A DNA stretch of 64,000 bases from Malacoraja senta (Eukaryota): the NCBI GenBank assembly GCA_038087875.1, contig JAXLNO010002555.1, positions 1-64,000 of the forward strand. Reading direction: 5' to 3'. Positions within the stretch are counted from its first letter, which is position 1. Every line of letters begins with the position of its first letter. The position numbers were made by a program, and so were the translations under genes. The notes under the pieces were generated by a model. It was not told the DNA's origin. It saw only the letters and a program-made list of their open reading frames with translations, and did no database searches. Of the stretch, positions 1 to 13,942 are shown one piece after another.

Positions 1-924
1 ACCTGTTTCCAAATGTTTGTGTTAGCTTCAGAATACTATTAACAATTCCAGCAACAGTAGCTTCTGCAGAGAGGTCATTTAGCAAACTCAAGCTGATTAA
101 GGTCGACAATGTCTCATGAACGTCTTGTGGATTTGGCCAGGCTAAGTATTCAAAGTTAAAGTCAGTTTTATTCATCACATACACCCGAAGGTGCAGTGAA
201 GTGAATTTGCCAGCAGTGATACATGTAAAAAGAACACACAATACACAATAAAATTGAACACAAACATCCACTACAGCATTCTTCACTGTGGTGGAAGGCA
301 ACAAGTTTCAGCAAGTCCTCCATTGTTCACCCGTGTTCGGGGCCATAACCCCTCCGTAGTCGCCGCTAGCGACGGCCCGATGTACGTCGGGATGATCCAA
401 ACTCCGACGTTGGGACGGACAAACACACTCTGCGGCTTGGAGGTCCCGACTCGGCACTTTCCTACTGGAGACCGCAGCTTCAGGATGTTATAGGCCACAG
501 GCCAGCGGTTTTGCGGTTAAATATAAAAGGATGTTTCAATGTGAATTCTTTCTCCTTATCTGTATTGTAGCATAAACAAAGATGTTCAAAACAAAGGTAG
601 ATAAAATGCTGGAGAAACTCAACGGGTGAGGCAGCATCTATAGAGTGAAGGAAGACAAATGTGCTTGCTGATCCTTTTATGTTATTTATATTTATTTATA
701 TTTATCATGGAGGGTGTATAGGGGCATAAGGCCTCAAATGCAGAAAATCAACAGAGCGCCCCATCCCACCCCTCTCTCATCTTCCATACCCCTTTTTGCC
801 GTGCAGGCTACAGCTCATGGCATAAAACTGTAGCATAGTGGATAAAAACAGGATGACTAATGGAGAAGGGAAGGGGGCCCAAAAGAAACTTTGTACCCAC
901 TGATAAAATTCCTGTGAGGCCCTG
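1..924 (+). mobile_element. 3' part of a hAT DNA transposon (ZMYM1/hAT19-like), interrupted by younger repeats
   Basis: Bases 3-155 translate, with a frameshift, to LFPNVCVSFRILLTIPATVASAERSFSKLKLIK...STMSHERLVDLARLSI, the hAT C-terminal dimerisation motif. The segment ends in GGGGCCCAAAAG...AAATTCCTGTGAGGCCCTG at 924, which resembles a CAGGGCC-type terminal repeat. The 5' end lies outside the window. Confidence 0.75.
157..500 (-). mobile_element. Non-coding retroposon copy (GC-rich body, conserved hairpin, AATAAA-type 3' end)
   Basis: Shares the AACATCC..CACTGTG.TGGAAGGC core with the copies at 2915, 5600, 8430 and 19697. TTTATT on the + strand is the polyA signal on the minus strand. Confidence 0.6.
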
Positions 925-958
925 CGTATACACGCACAAACAGTGTGTGTTGTGAACC

Positions 959-2711
<1,753 letters not shown>

Positions 2712-2799
2712 CTGAGCATTGGCAGACATGTTTTAATAAATCGGGCTGTTTTTTTTCAAATTTTGTTTTAGAGGTCACGGTACTGATCAAGAATGCCTG

Positions 2800-2843
2800 A
2801 TGGGGTCGTGGGGCCAAAAAGATTAAGAACCACTGCTCTAAAG
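2800..2843 (+). repeat. Right terminal inverted repeat of the Charlie-type hAT, plus candidate 8-bp target site
   Basis: GGGGCCAAAAAGATTAAGAACCACTG ends at 2835 (reverse complement CAGTGGTTCTTAA..., a Charlie-type TIR) and is followed by CTCTAAAG. The left TIR is not in the window. Confidence 0.7.
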
Positions 2844-2914
2844 CTTAAAACTAAAGGGGCTAATAAAGGCCACAAAGTGGCTTTAGTGAGTCGGATTACA
2901 GAAAATCCCACATC

Positions 2915-3625
2915 TTTTTCATGGTTTCATGGTTAGTTTATTGTCACATATACCAATTAAGATACATTGAAATGCAGACTACCATACACCATACAAAAAG
3001 AAAGCAACAAGACACACAATAACGTAAAAGTTAACATAAACATCCACAACAGAGGAGCCCGCACGTTCCTCACTGTGATAGAAGGCAATAAAGTCTAATC
3101 TCCTTCCTCTTTATCTCCCGCGGTCGGGGCAGTCAAACAATCTGCAGTCGGTGGTCGAAACCCCCGTTGAGGAATTGAAACTCCCGCGTCGGAGCGGTCG
3201 GAGCGGTCGAAACTCCTGCGGCTTGGAGGTCCCGGATGTTGGTCTCGACCGGGGACCGCGGGCTCCGCGATGTTAAAGTCTTGCAGGCTCTCACAGTTGG
3301 AGCCCTAAAGTCGATCCCCGACAGGGATTGCGAGCTCCATGATGGTAAGTCCACAGGCTCCTGCGATGGATCTCCCGGTCGATCTCTAGCAAAGGCCACC
3401 ATTCCTCAATGTTAGGCCGCATTGTGGACGGAGATACGATACAGAAAATATCACATCTACGTCGAGGTAAGAGATTAGGAAAAGTTTCCCACAACTCCCC
3501 CAACCCCCACCCCCAAAACAAGCTAAAGAACACTAAAGAATATACATTTAACACGTACAAAACAGACACAAGGAAGGAAGGGACAGACATACTGTTGGCG
3601 AGGCAACCATTGCAGCAAAAGGTGG
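2915..3625 (-). mobile_element. Non-autonomous retroposon, ~0.7 kb, with (CCATGAAA)n-like tail
   Basis: Tail TTTCATGGTTTCATGG plus TTTATT, the shared hairpin core at 3044-3081, a GC-rich non-coding body, and a 5' end motif (rc GCTGCAATGGTTGCC) near 3600-3615. Confidence 0.6.
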
Positions 3626-3639
3626 ATTGCTTAAGGATA

Positions 3640-5090
3640 TAGAAGGGAATATGTGCTTGGAGTTTGTGGATATAGGCGAGGTTTGGTTTCACCAAGGAAG
3701 ACATGTAGAATAGTAAGGACCATTAATAGTAAGTACATCATAAAATCCTCCAACATTTTTGCCACCTCCAACGGGATCCCACTACTGGTCACATCTTCCC
3801 ATCTCCACCCCTTTCTGCTTTCCGCAGAGACCGTTCCCTCCGAAACTCCCTGGTCAACTCGTCCCTTCACACCCAAACCACCTGCTCTCCGGATACTTTC
3901 CCCTGCAACCGCAGGAGATGCAACACCTGTCCCTTTACGTCCCCCTCGACTCCGTCCAAGGACCTAAAGTCTTTCCAGGTGAGGCAGAAGTTCACTTGCA
4001 CCTCTTCCAACCTCATCTACTGTATCCGCTGTTTCAGTTGTCAACTTCTCTACATCAGTGAGACCAAGCCAGGCTCGACGATCGTTTTGCTGAACACTTC
4101 CCCTCAGTCCGTCTTAGAAACATAGAAACATAGAAAGTAGGTGCGAGAGTAGACCACCAGGCCCATCGAGCCCGCACCGCCATTCGCTCATGGCTGAACA
4201 TTAAACAGACACCCTTACCCACAAACAGTAGACACAAGACACAGAACACAAGACACTACCCTCCCCTTTATACCGCTATCACCCCTCTCCACCCCAAGAA
4301 CCGCGTGATCTCCTGGGGGAGGCAAAAACCGGATAAAAACCCAGGTCCAATTCGGGAAAAAAATTCTGGGAAATTCCTCTCCGACCCCAATCCAGGCGAT
4401 CGACACTTGTCCAGGAGATCACTCAGGTCTTACTATACTAACCATACCTAGGTCATATCCCTGCCCTCTCCCGTAGCCCCTTATCCCCTTGGCAGCTAAA
4501 AAAACATCTATTTTAGACTTAAATATATTTAATGTTTCTGCTTCCACTGCTCCCTGGGGCAGTGAATTCCATAAATTAACCACCCTCTGGGTGAAGAAGT
4601 TCTTCCTCATCTCAGTTTTAAAAGAACCCCCCCTTATTCTACAACTATGTCCCCTAGTTCTAGTTTCCCCGCTTACCCTACCCGATCTCCCGGTGGCTCA
4701 GCACTTCAACTCCCCCTCCCATTCCCAATCTGACCTTTCTGTCCTGGGCCTCCTCCATTGTCAGAGTGAGGCCCAGCCCAAATTGGAGGAACAGCACCCC
4801 ATATTTCGCTTGGGTAGTCTATACTCCAGCGGTATGAACATTGACTTCTATAACTTTCGATAGCCCTTGATTTCTCTCTCCATCCCCTCCCCTTCCCAAT
4901 TCTGCCACCAGTCTTACTGTCTCCGCCGACATTCTATCTTTGTCCCTCCCCTGACATCAGTCTGAAGAAGGGTCTCGACCCAAAACAATGCCCATTCCAT
5001 CTCTCCAGGGAAGCTGCCTGACCCGCTGAGTTACCCCAGCATTTTGTGTCTCTCTACGATTTTAACATCTGCAGCATCTGCAGTTCTTTC
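3640..5090 (+). mobile_element. Penelope-like element remnant (GIY-YIG endonuclease end and terminal repeat), split by a CR1 insertion
   Basis: Translates to FPCNRRRCNTCP..QVRQKFTCTSSNLIYCIRCFSCQLLYISETK..FAEH, then resumes at 4673 with PDLPVAQHFNSPSHS..LGLLHCQSE..KLEEQH.IFRLGSL..GMNIDF. This is followed by CTGAAGAAGGGTCTCGACC...GCTGCCTGACCCGCTGAGTTAC. Confidence 0.85.
4108..4672 (-). mobile_element. CR1-clade LINE 3' fragment inserted in the Penelope remnant
   Basis: Minus-strand ORF 4419-4610 RKNFFTQRVVNLWNSLPQGAVEAETLNIFKSKIDVFL is the CR1 ORF2 C-terminus. Tandem tail (CTATGTTT)n at 4114-4135. Confidence 0.9.
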
Positions 5091-5224
5091 TTACACATGG
5101 AGAATCAATGTGGAGAATGCTAACATGCAGGGACACTTTGAAGTTAAGTAAGAAGGAGATGTTGGATCACTTGAAGAGAAATGTGGATAAATCCCCAGGA
5201 CAGAGGGGGTGTAGTGGATGATAA

Positions 5225-5560
5225 TAATAATCGTTGAAAACATTAGTGCCGTGCTGGTTTCCAACGGGCACGGTGACGGACGCACCACACATCTCTGTCC
5301 TCCATGCAGCTGGCAAGCTCCTCTTTTGTCTCTACACATGCGTCTTCCATCAACGTCTTCAACATCGTCTTGAATGGCCATCCTGGGTCAAGTCTTCCAT
5401 GGGTGGAAGACGCATGCCAGCAAACAGGCATGTCTGGCATTTAACGAGCATTGATGTATATATTGTAGACTTTCGTCCCAAATATCTTTCGTTATGGGTT
5501 GGCCTAATCATTTTCCCATGTGTGTCTATATAAATCCGTCGGCGGGACCTCACTATCTAA
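5225..5560 (-). mobile_element. RTE-like LINE 3' fragment
   Basis: Minus-strand translation THGRLDPGWPFKTMLKTLMEDACVETKEELASCMEDRDVW resembles LINE ORF2 C-termini of the HG..GRP..M.DR..W type, followed by a (TTA)n tail at 5221-5230. The clade call is tentative. Confidence 0.55.
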
Positions 5561-5599
5561 GAGGGTATTATAAATATGAGATATTAATTTTTCTGTATT

Positions 5600-6445
5600 A
5601 AGATTCAAGATTCAAGATTCAAGAAGTTTATTGCCATGTCAACTGAGTTGATAGGAATTTGACTTGCCATGCAGCACACAAATAAAGATTACAACAAAGA
5701 ATTTAACAGTAAACATAAAAACATCCCCCCACAATGGTTCCCACTGTGGGGGAAGGCAGCAAAGTCCAGTCCCATCCCCAGTTCACCCATAGTCGGGGCC
5801 TATTGAGGCCTCTGCAGTCGCCGCTACGGCAGCCCGATGCCTCAGGCCCTCTCGCCGGATGATGAAGCTCCGGCGTCGGGTGAACACTCTCAGCGGCCCG
5901 GAGTGTCTGGAGCGGCTGCCTCCTCCCAGTAGACCGCGGCTCCCGAAGTCCACGAGCCGCGCTGGTCGATGCCCCGACTCTGTCGACCTCGTCGTCAGAT
6001 CCCAGGCTCCGCGGTGTTCCAAGCTCAGCGCCGCTGGAAGCTCCACTGACCGCAGACCGCAGCTCTGCGATGTTAGTGCTGGCCGTCACAGCACTCCGGA
6101 GCTTACTGCACGGCGACCCGGGTTAGGCATCGCCCGCTCCGCGATGGTGCTTCAGCGCTGTGCCGCCGCCGAAGCTGAAGTCCTGGCCGGTCCCGGCAGG
6201 AAAACGCCGCTCCAGCCTGCCCGTAGGCCGCGAGGAAGGGGCGAAGATACGGCTCGGAGAAAAGCCGCATCTCCGACCAGGTAGGGACTGAGAAGAATAG
6301 TTTCCCCCTTCCCCCTACCCCCCCCCCCCCACATAAAAAGACTAAAAGATCTCCAACCAACACTCTCAACTAACTAAAAATAAAAAAAAGAGTGAAAAAA
6401 ACTAACAGCTGCTGGCGGGGCAGCCATATTCGACGGCGCCCCCTG
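5600..6445 (-). mobile_element. Non-autonomous retroposon, ~0.85 kb, apparently full length, with (TCTTGAA)n tail
   Basis: Tail AAGATTCAAGATTCAAGATTCAAG plus TTTATT, hairpin at 5726-5752, a CpG-rich body, and a 5' end reading GGGGGCGCCGTCGAATATGGCTGCC on the minus strand. The ORFs called here lack any recognisable domain. Confidence 0.65.
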
Positions 6446-6449
6446 TTGA

Positions 6450-6857
6450 TGTTATTAGGATGTTTATTCAAACATTCATCAAGGATTTCTGGTTCCCTAG
6501 TTCTGTAATCTTGTGTATTTGATTTAATGTAATCTCTAATTTGTAAATATCTGAAAAGTTATTTGAGTGTGGTCCGTAAATCTGTTGTAACCCCTGAAAT
6601 TAAAGAAAAGTGCCTTTCCTATAAAGATGTCCCATCTTTTTAATTCCTTAATTTTTCCATTGTGTAAAGCCTTTATCCAACATGGAGGGTTTGAATAAAG
6701 GGTTGTTTATAATGGGGAGACAGAGTGATAAATTATCCAATTTTAAAGTCTTTTTAATTGTTTCCAATTCGTATACCACTATATATTATAGAATTTTCAC
6801 TATAGGTTTTTTAATGCAATTTTGTGGGAGCAAACATAATCGAACCAATTTCAAAAG
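6450..6857 (-). mobile_element. L1 ORF2 fragment
   Basis: The reverse complement matches the L1 at 33300-33750 (TATACGAATT(T/G)GAAACAATTAAAAA...AACCC...CCCTCCATGTTGGA...). Confidence 0.8.
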
Positions 6858-7115
6858 GCAAACAGTCTTTCACTATTTTGTATGATTCAATGAGGTCCCC
6901 CCTTATTCTTCTAAACTCCAGCGAGTACAGGCCCACTGCCATCAAATGGTCATTATATGTTAACCCATTCATTCCTGGGATCATTCTTGGACACCTCTCT
7001 GGACACTCTCCAGAGCCAGCACATCCTTCCTCAGATATGGTGCCCAAAATTGCTCACAATGCTCCAAATGTGGCCTGACCGGCGCCTTATAGAACCTCAG
7101 CATTACATCCCTGTT
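6858..7115 (-). mobile_element. CR1 LINE fragment
   Basis: Minus-strand LRFYKAPVRPHLEHCEQFWAPYL and GLYSLEFRRIRGDLIESYKI are CR1 ORF2 motifs. Confidence 0.85.
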
Positions 7116-7439
7116 TGACAGGGAGAAAGTGTAATTGATGTCTTTCATATTAGTTAACCATGGATTTTCTTGACCACAGTTGACAGCCCCTAATGGGATT
7201 GCATGTCTATCACACATCTCAAAAAGAGCACAGCATTAAGCTTCGAAGGGCAAAATTTACACGAGTTGTGCAGGTCAAGTGTTTTTTTGCACAGAGAGAG
7301 CTTGATACCTAGAATGCGCTACCAGGAGTGGTGGTAGAGGAAGACATGATAATGGTGCTTAAGAAGGTTTTGGACAGGCTTGTGAATGTGCAGCGAATAC
7401 AAGGATATGGATCACATGCAGGCAGTGGAAATCAGTTTT

Positions 7440-7735
7440 GGTTTAGTTTAGAGATAGAGTATGGAAACAGGATCTTTGGGCCACTGAGTCTGCACTGACC
7501 AGCAATTGCCCATTCACTATTTTTGTCCTACAAGCTAGGGACAATTTACAGAAGCCAATTAACCTACAAACCTGCACGTCTTTTGTATTTGGGAGGAAAC
7601 CGTAGCCCCCAGAGAAAACCCACAGGGTGACAGAGAGAACGTACAAACTCCGTCCAGACAGCACTCTAGTCAGGATCGAACCCGGGTCTCTAATGCTGTA
7701 AGACAGCCATTCTATCACTGTGCCACTGTGTTGCC
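7440..7735 (-). mobile_element. tRNA-derived V-SINE (HE1-like)
   Basis: The minus strand has the B-box GGTTCGATCC and the V-SINE core GAGTTTGTACGTTCTC...GGTT..CTCCCA..TACAAAAGACGTGCAGG. Further copies lie at ~9925-10265(-), 14885-15195(-), 15270-15558(-), 15700-15985(+), 16490-16790(+), 40135-40370(+), 40405-40640(-), 52880-53095(-) and 56795-57112(-). Confidence 0.85.
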
Positions 7736-8429
7736 TTAGTTTAACTTGGTATCCTGTTCGACATGGACATTGCAGGCTGAAAGTCCTGTTCTTGTACTGT
7801 TCTATGTTCTATATATTCTCATTGGACAGGGCAGAGTTTTTCACTCCTCCAGCCTCCATGTTGAATACTTACTCCCAGTTTAAATCTGATTCAATTAGTC
7901 AATCCATTTCTCCCCCCCCCTCCTGCCCTGATCCCCATTCTATATCTTGAAGTAGTCATTCCCTTTTCGCTCCCTGGTCTGTCTACTATCCCCACAACTT
8001 TCCTCTACTTTCCTGTCTTGGTGCATGCAACATCTATCCATTTACCTCTTCCCTTCCTACTGTCCATAGACCCAGGCAGTTCTTCAAAGTGAAACAGCGT
8101 GAAACACTTGCACTTCCAGTCAAATCTACTGCATTTGGTTTTCATGACGTAATCTTCCACATCGCATCAATGAAACAAATTGAGTGGCTGCGTTCTGGAG
8201 AACCCGCATTCAATCCATGGGACTTTCTAAGATTCCTAATTCGTGCCACTTTAATTCTCCATTCAACACCCACCATGATCCATCCATCTGTACCTCTTAC
8301 ACTAGGATAACAAGGGTGAAAGTAACCTTGAGGACCAACACTCAGCTTCTACCTTGACATGTTGCAGCCTTTCACACTCAATTCCACGTTCAACAAGTTG
8401 TATTCCCTGTCGATAAAAGAACTGGTCAT

Positions 8430-8935
8430 TTCATAAGTTCATGTTCATTTATTGTTACATACACCAATTGGTGTAGTAAAATTCACTGGCCAGGTCAGTC
8501 ATACAATTTAAAAAGCAACAGACTCAAAAACACATTTTGACATAAACATCCATCATAGTGACTCCTACACATTCCTCACTGTGATGGAAGGCGAAATAAA
8601 GTTCCAAGTCCTTCCCTTGTTGTTCTTCCTTGGTCGGGGGCCTCGAGCCCCCCGTTGAACGGACGGTCTTGAGTCCCGTAGCCGGCGGCTTTCGGGCCCT
8701 CCGCGTCGAGGTGATCAGCTCCCGCATCGGGGGGATTGTCAGCTCCCCTGCACCGGGCGATCGAACCTCGCGTCGGGGCTGGACGAACCTTCTGTGGCGT
8801 TGGAGCTCCCGACTAGCCTCTCCCGAGACTGGGAGCCCTTGATGGTAAGTTCGCAGGCCGCGTTGGGAGCGATCCCAGGCAAGGGATCCGCTCCGATGGT
8901 AAGTCCACGCCCCGTGGTGGGGCTCACGACGGTCC
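8430..8935 (-). mobile_element. Non-autonomous retroposon copy, 5'-truncated
   Basis: TTTATT tail end, shared hairpin core at 8550-8587, and a GC-rich body similar to 3100-3400. Confidence 0.6.
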
Positions 8936-11570
8936 TTTTCAACTGTTAAGTTGAAGTCAGAAAGAACAGATGCAAGAAGTATGAAGAAGGACACCAAGCT
9001 GAAACATTACGTAACCATGTCTTCCAGATGCTGCCTGAGCCACTGAGTTACACCTGCACATTTTTGTGTTTTTTTAAATTACAGTAAAGTTATCCACCTG
9101 CAAAATCAGGACAGCCTGACCTACTTGAGTACTGCAGTATGTGCTGCATTTTATATAACTCTGTTTAGTTTCATGCATGCAGAGATGCAGTGAAATGGTT
9201 TGGATGGAACAGCAGATGCTGGACACCCCATCCCTTCTCTCCAGAGATGCTGCCTGTCCCACTGAGTTACTCCAGCTTTTTGTGTCTGTCTGCAGTGAAA
9301 TGGTTGTTCTGCATTCTCCCCAGTCAAGTCATACTGTACATAAGTACAATTCGTCCTCTTCTGGAACAGCACGCAGAGATCCACCACATTCCAGGACTAT
9401 CTTGCAGCTTCCAAGTCTCTGAGAAGTCTGATTTTGCCCTAAGGAAATACCCAATTTCACATTTTCTCATGTTAAGGCCCAGTGTCATAACAGCACTGGA
9501 TTGATGAAGTAGAGGCGCCTGCCTCAGTTTAAGTTTTTCTGTTTCAAGATTGTGATCAAACCCTCGTCACTGGAACTGTGTCGCAGTGCCACCCATTACG
9601 TATCAGTCCCAATTATCTTTCAACATGCTGGAATCACTTGTTTTTTTATCCTTTTTAGACTTTTTTCATGAATTGTTCAGCTTAAACAGTTATGCTACAG
9701 CAGTTAAGCGCAGCTACCACTTAGTTCCAGAGACGTAACAACACAAGAGATAGTGTTGGAAGAATGATCAAACTCACACATAGTGGTTAGAATCCATAGT
9801 CTTTTATTAGTAACTCTGCAGAGGAAACACAAGGTGCTTTCTTCTCAGCATGCTTACTACCAGTCTACCAGAGAGAGAGAGAGCTGTCTAATAAGCCTGT
9901 GGGCGGAGCCACAGTATGAGTGACACTAATCTACAGATAGGCACAGGGATAAGTTTCGGTTTATTATTGTCACGTTTAGTTTCGAGGTACAGCATGAAAA
10001 ATAGGCCTTTTGGCCCACTGAACCTGTGCTGACTAACGACCACCCAAATATTAGTTCTATCCTACACACTAGGGACAATTTACAGAAGCCAAAAAACTTA
10101 CAAACCTGCACGTCTTTGAATGTGACGGAACTGTAGCACCCGGAGTTAACTCACATGGTCACAGGGAGAATGTATGAACTCTATATAGACAGCACCCATT
10201 GTCAGGATTGAACTTTGGTCTGTGGTACTGTAAGGCAGCAACTTTCCCTCTGCGCCACTGTGCTGCCCATGTACTGAGGTAGAGTGTAAAGCTTTGTTTT
10301 GCATGCTATCCAATTGGATGAGGTAACAAAATACATATATATGATCATCAAACTCAAGTACTGTAGGTAGAGCAAAGGGGAAGGTACAGAGTGTGGCATG
10401 TAGTTCTCAGCAATGTAGCACAGCAGTTCCATTAGATAAGTGTTTCGACACGAAACGTGACACATTCCTTCTCTCCAGAGATGCTGCCTGACCCGTTGAG
10501 TTACTCTAGCATTTTGTGTCTATCTGCGGTTTAAACCAGCATCTACAGTTCCTCCCTACATAGTTCTATAAACAAAGTCCACTGTCTTTAATGGGGTAGT
10601 GGTCAATTGGACAGTACCGTAGCTTATGGAACGATCATTCAGAAGCCTGATTTTCTCCTCGGTTATTAAGTTTCCGAGTAAGCCATTTGGTCCTCTAACC
10701 TGCCCACCATTCAATATGACCATGGCTGACGTTCCTCAGGCATCAACTCCTGTTCGATATCAGTTCCTCATTGCACTCAGTTCTCCAATTTAAGTTTAAT
10801 TAAGTTAACTAACGCCACATTAAATGCTTCCAATGATTTTGTCTTCACAAATCTCTGGCGCCAGAGAATGACCACACTCTGCAAAAAGAGATTTTGTAAA
10901 CAAATGACTGGTCTCTTTTATCTCTTATTGAAGAGGAGTGAAATACTGCCAATTTTAAGCTTGTCCCCTCCCCAATTGACCCTCATTTCGTAACTTGTCA
11001 ATTATTTATTATTGTCAATAATATGCCCTAGTGAAAAGATTTGCCGATGGTATTAGTTTATTATTGTCACATGAACTGTGATATAGTCAAAAGTTTGTCT
11101 GTGTGTTATCCAATCAGATCATACTACACATGTGCAATCAAGCCATCCACAAGTAGAACAGTGCAAAGAGAAAAATTCTCAGAGTGCAGAATATCGGGTT
11201 ACAATATCATAGCATTACAGTTACAGAGAAAGTGCAGATCAAAAAGAGTTGCAAGGATCACAATGAGATTGGTTGGAAGATCAGGGCAACATCTTATCTT
11301 ACATGAGAACCATTCAGTAGTCCAATAACAGTGGGGAAGTAGCTGTTCCTGAATTTAATGGTACGTACTTTCAAACTTTCTTGTGTACTGTCTTAACAGG
11401 GAGCGTGCGATCCCTTTTAAACCACGTGGTTGGTTGATGGTGCCGAAAGAGGCAAAATGGGGCAGATGTGGACAGTAACTTGGTTGTTGTAGTGGACTGA
11501 AGAATATTTTGTGGTGGGTGACTGTGCAAGTTTTACTGAAGATGAAAATAACCATCTTACTGTCTTGTAG

Positions 11571-11837
11571 TTTCCCCTGAGGTCACTCTCGCTGCCCGCC
11601 CTGATGATCATTCAGTCCTGTACTGCACTGTGTTTGGATTTTACCCACCGGCCATCAATGTCAGCTGGTTGCAGAATGGTCAACATGTCTCTGAGACCAA
11701 ATCTTCTGGGGTCATACCCAACAACGATGGAACATATCATCTAAGGTCTGTCCTTGAGTATGATCCGTATGATGGGAAACAGTATTCCTGTCATGTCGAT
11801 CACAGCAGCCTGCCCGGTGGGAAGACCATCATCTGGG
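11571..11837 (+). CDS. MHC class I-like heavy chain, alpha3 (C1-set Ig) exon
   Basis: Acceptor TGTCTTGTAG|, 267 nt, phase 1 at both ends, donor G|GTAAGA. Encodes SPEVTLAARPDDHSVLYCTVFGFYPPAINVSWLQNGQHVSETKSSGVIPNNDGTYHLRSVLEYDPYDGKQYSCHVDHSSLPGGKTIIW, with C..GFYP..I.V.W, PNxDGTY, YSC.V.HSSL and a terminal W. No stops. Confidence 0.9.
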
Positions 11838-12169
11838 GTAAGAACGTTAAATATTCTTTCATAGATAATCATTATCTTCTGTTGTTTCCATTTTAATCAT
11901 CATGAATACATCCCATATTCCAAGATGCTTAAACTTTCTTTGTTTAGTGGTGTTGCTCTAAGTAATCACGTAATCAGCACCCACTCTCCGCATGAGCAGA
12001 AGACTTTGTCAACAGAACATTTATCAAAAGTAAATAAATAACTAATATATAAGGAAGGAGTATTTGAGATTCTCAGTGGTGGAACTGAAATCTATGAAAG
12101 GTATGTTTAAATAAAAAATGAATCTTTCCTCATGATGTGATTAACAGCAAGGCACTGGGGGAGTACATG

Positions 12170-12680
12170 CCCCAATCTGAATCAATGGTCCGAAGTGGAA
12201 ATGATTGAGAGCTTCATGTTCCTTGGCATGAATTTATCCAATATTCTGTAAAGGACTGACCACATAGCCAAGGAGGCACACCGACACCTCTACTTCCTCA
12301 GGAGACTGAGAATATTCATCATGTCTCTGGTGACTCCAGCAAACATCTATAGATGCCGCTAGAGAAAGCATGTTGTTGGGTTGCATCACATCTTGATTTG
12401 GGAACTGCACTGCCCAAGACTGCAAGAATATACAAAGAGTTAAAGATCATCACACAGGCCAGACTTCCCACTATTGGCTCAATCTACACTAGGTTGCCTT
12501 GGAAAACGAGACTTATCCCAACCTTCCTCCTTCTTGCTCCCATCAGGCATTAGGTACAGAAAGTTGAAAATATGCACTGCCAGACTCAGGAACACCCCCT
12601 TTCCACCTTAACAGGCTTCGGAAGGGTCCTTCCATAATGTAGGTTTAATGCCCGATTCACCTCAACCTCATTGAACATTG
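12170..12680 (+). mobile_element. Degenerate Rex1/Babar LINE 3' fragment
   Basis: Contains GAGAGCTTCATGTTCCTTGGC...CTCTACTTCCTCAGGAGACTGAG (LYFLRRL) and ..CTTCTTGCTCCCATCAGGCATTAGGTACAG. It is homologous to the Rex1 at 55250-56600. Confidence 0.75.
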
Positions 12681-13789
12681 AACATTGTCCATGGAACTGA
12701 TGTGTTACAATGCTGAGAACTATATTCTGTACTCTGTATCCTCCTCTTTGCTCTATCTATTGTTTTTGAGTTTGTATTTATGTATAGTTTTATAATTTGT
12801 TTGGATAGCATACAAAACAAACTTTGCTCATATTTTGAAACATCTGGCGTTAATAAAACTAAACCTAATGAAGTAAGTTCCATGACGCAAGTTACAGATT
12901 CAGCAACGAAAAATATAACTGCCTGACAAACAGCGATCGTAGAAGTTTGATTCCAAGTATGCTGCACTAACCTACACAAATGCTCACTTTTGAAGATTCC
13001 CTCGAACAATGCACAACTAGGAATCTGATGTTTCACTCTGAAGACTGTTGACATACCCCAGAACTTAATTTCCAACCTATCTATGTATCATCAGCAATCT
13101 AGGCTACAGCGCCACCAGTCCCTTCATCTGCTCTTAATACCAACGATAAGTAGTTCACTTTCTTGCATTGATTCCCAACCTGCAGTTGCAGTTTCCCAAC
13201 CAGAACACTCCTTTAAGACAACTCTCTGCTTGCTCTTAATTGTTTTTCCATTCATGCTAATTATTACCCCCAATGTCATAAGCCATGTGCCTTTGCATCA
13301 CTTGATCAGATATCTTATGAAAATCCAGATATTGTGGCGACATCTGGTGGTCAGGCCACTTATTGCTAGAACCCTCGTCAGGGGAGCTGGGACTATCACG
13401 TGAGTGACAGGGTTTTGGTGGGAGTTGGTGATGAGTTAATCGCCAGTCAACTGGTGTGCCCGATAACAACGGCAGGAACTTTGCTCAAGTCCTTACTAAA
13501 CGCGAGTGGGCCAAAACTGTATTTCTTTAAAAAAACATTGATTTGTTCACGACGTTTGGATCTCTACAATATATTGTATTTCTTTTGTTTCTCATTCCAA
13601 TTTTGTTACCTATTCTGCTTTTCCATCATTTTGTTTATGAATTTTAGGCTTTTCACACCTGCTGCTCGAATATACATTGTCTACGGGTTCCTGTTGCATT
13701 TTCAAAGAGTTCTAATCAATTTCTCAAACAAAGTTTGAAGAAGGGTCCCAAAACGAAACGTCACCTGTCCATGTGTAAGAAGAAACTGC

Positions 13790-13942
13790 AAATGCTGGTT
13801 TACACCAAAGATGGACACAAATTGCTGGAATAACTCAGCTGGTCAGCCAGCATCTCTGGAGAAAAGGAATAGGTGATGAATCCATGTTCGCCAGAGATGC
13901 TGCCTGTTCCGCCTGAGTTACTCCAGCATTTTGTGTCTATTA
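13790..13942. repeat. Palindromic Penelope-terminus-derived repeat (~50-bp imperfect inverted arms)
   Basis: GACACAAATTGCTGGAATAACTCAGC...AGCATCTCTGG versus CCAGAGATGCT...CTGAGTTACTCCAGCATTTTGTGTC. Single arms recur at ~600, 5010, 9020, 9240, 10480, 14350 and 16060. Confidence 0.75.

Noticed and set aside
5703-6369. Overlapping GC-rich ORFs of 87-141 aa (also 3133-3402 and 8524-8997)
   Set aside because: Open in multiple frames and strands because of high GC in a non-coding repeat family; no recognisable domain.
7640-7735. tRNA genes at A/B-box-like motifs
   Set aside because: These are heads of V-SINE copies followed by the SINE core and tail; no complete cloverleaf.
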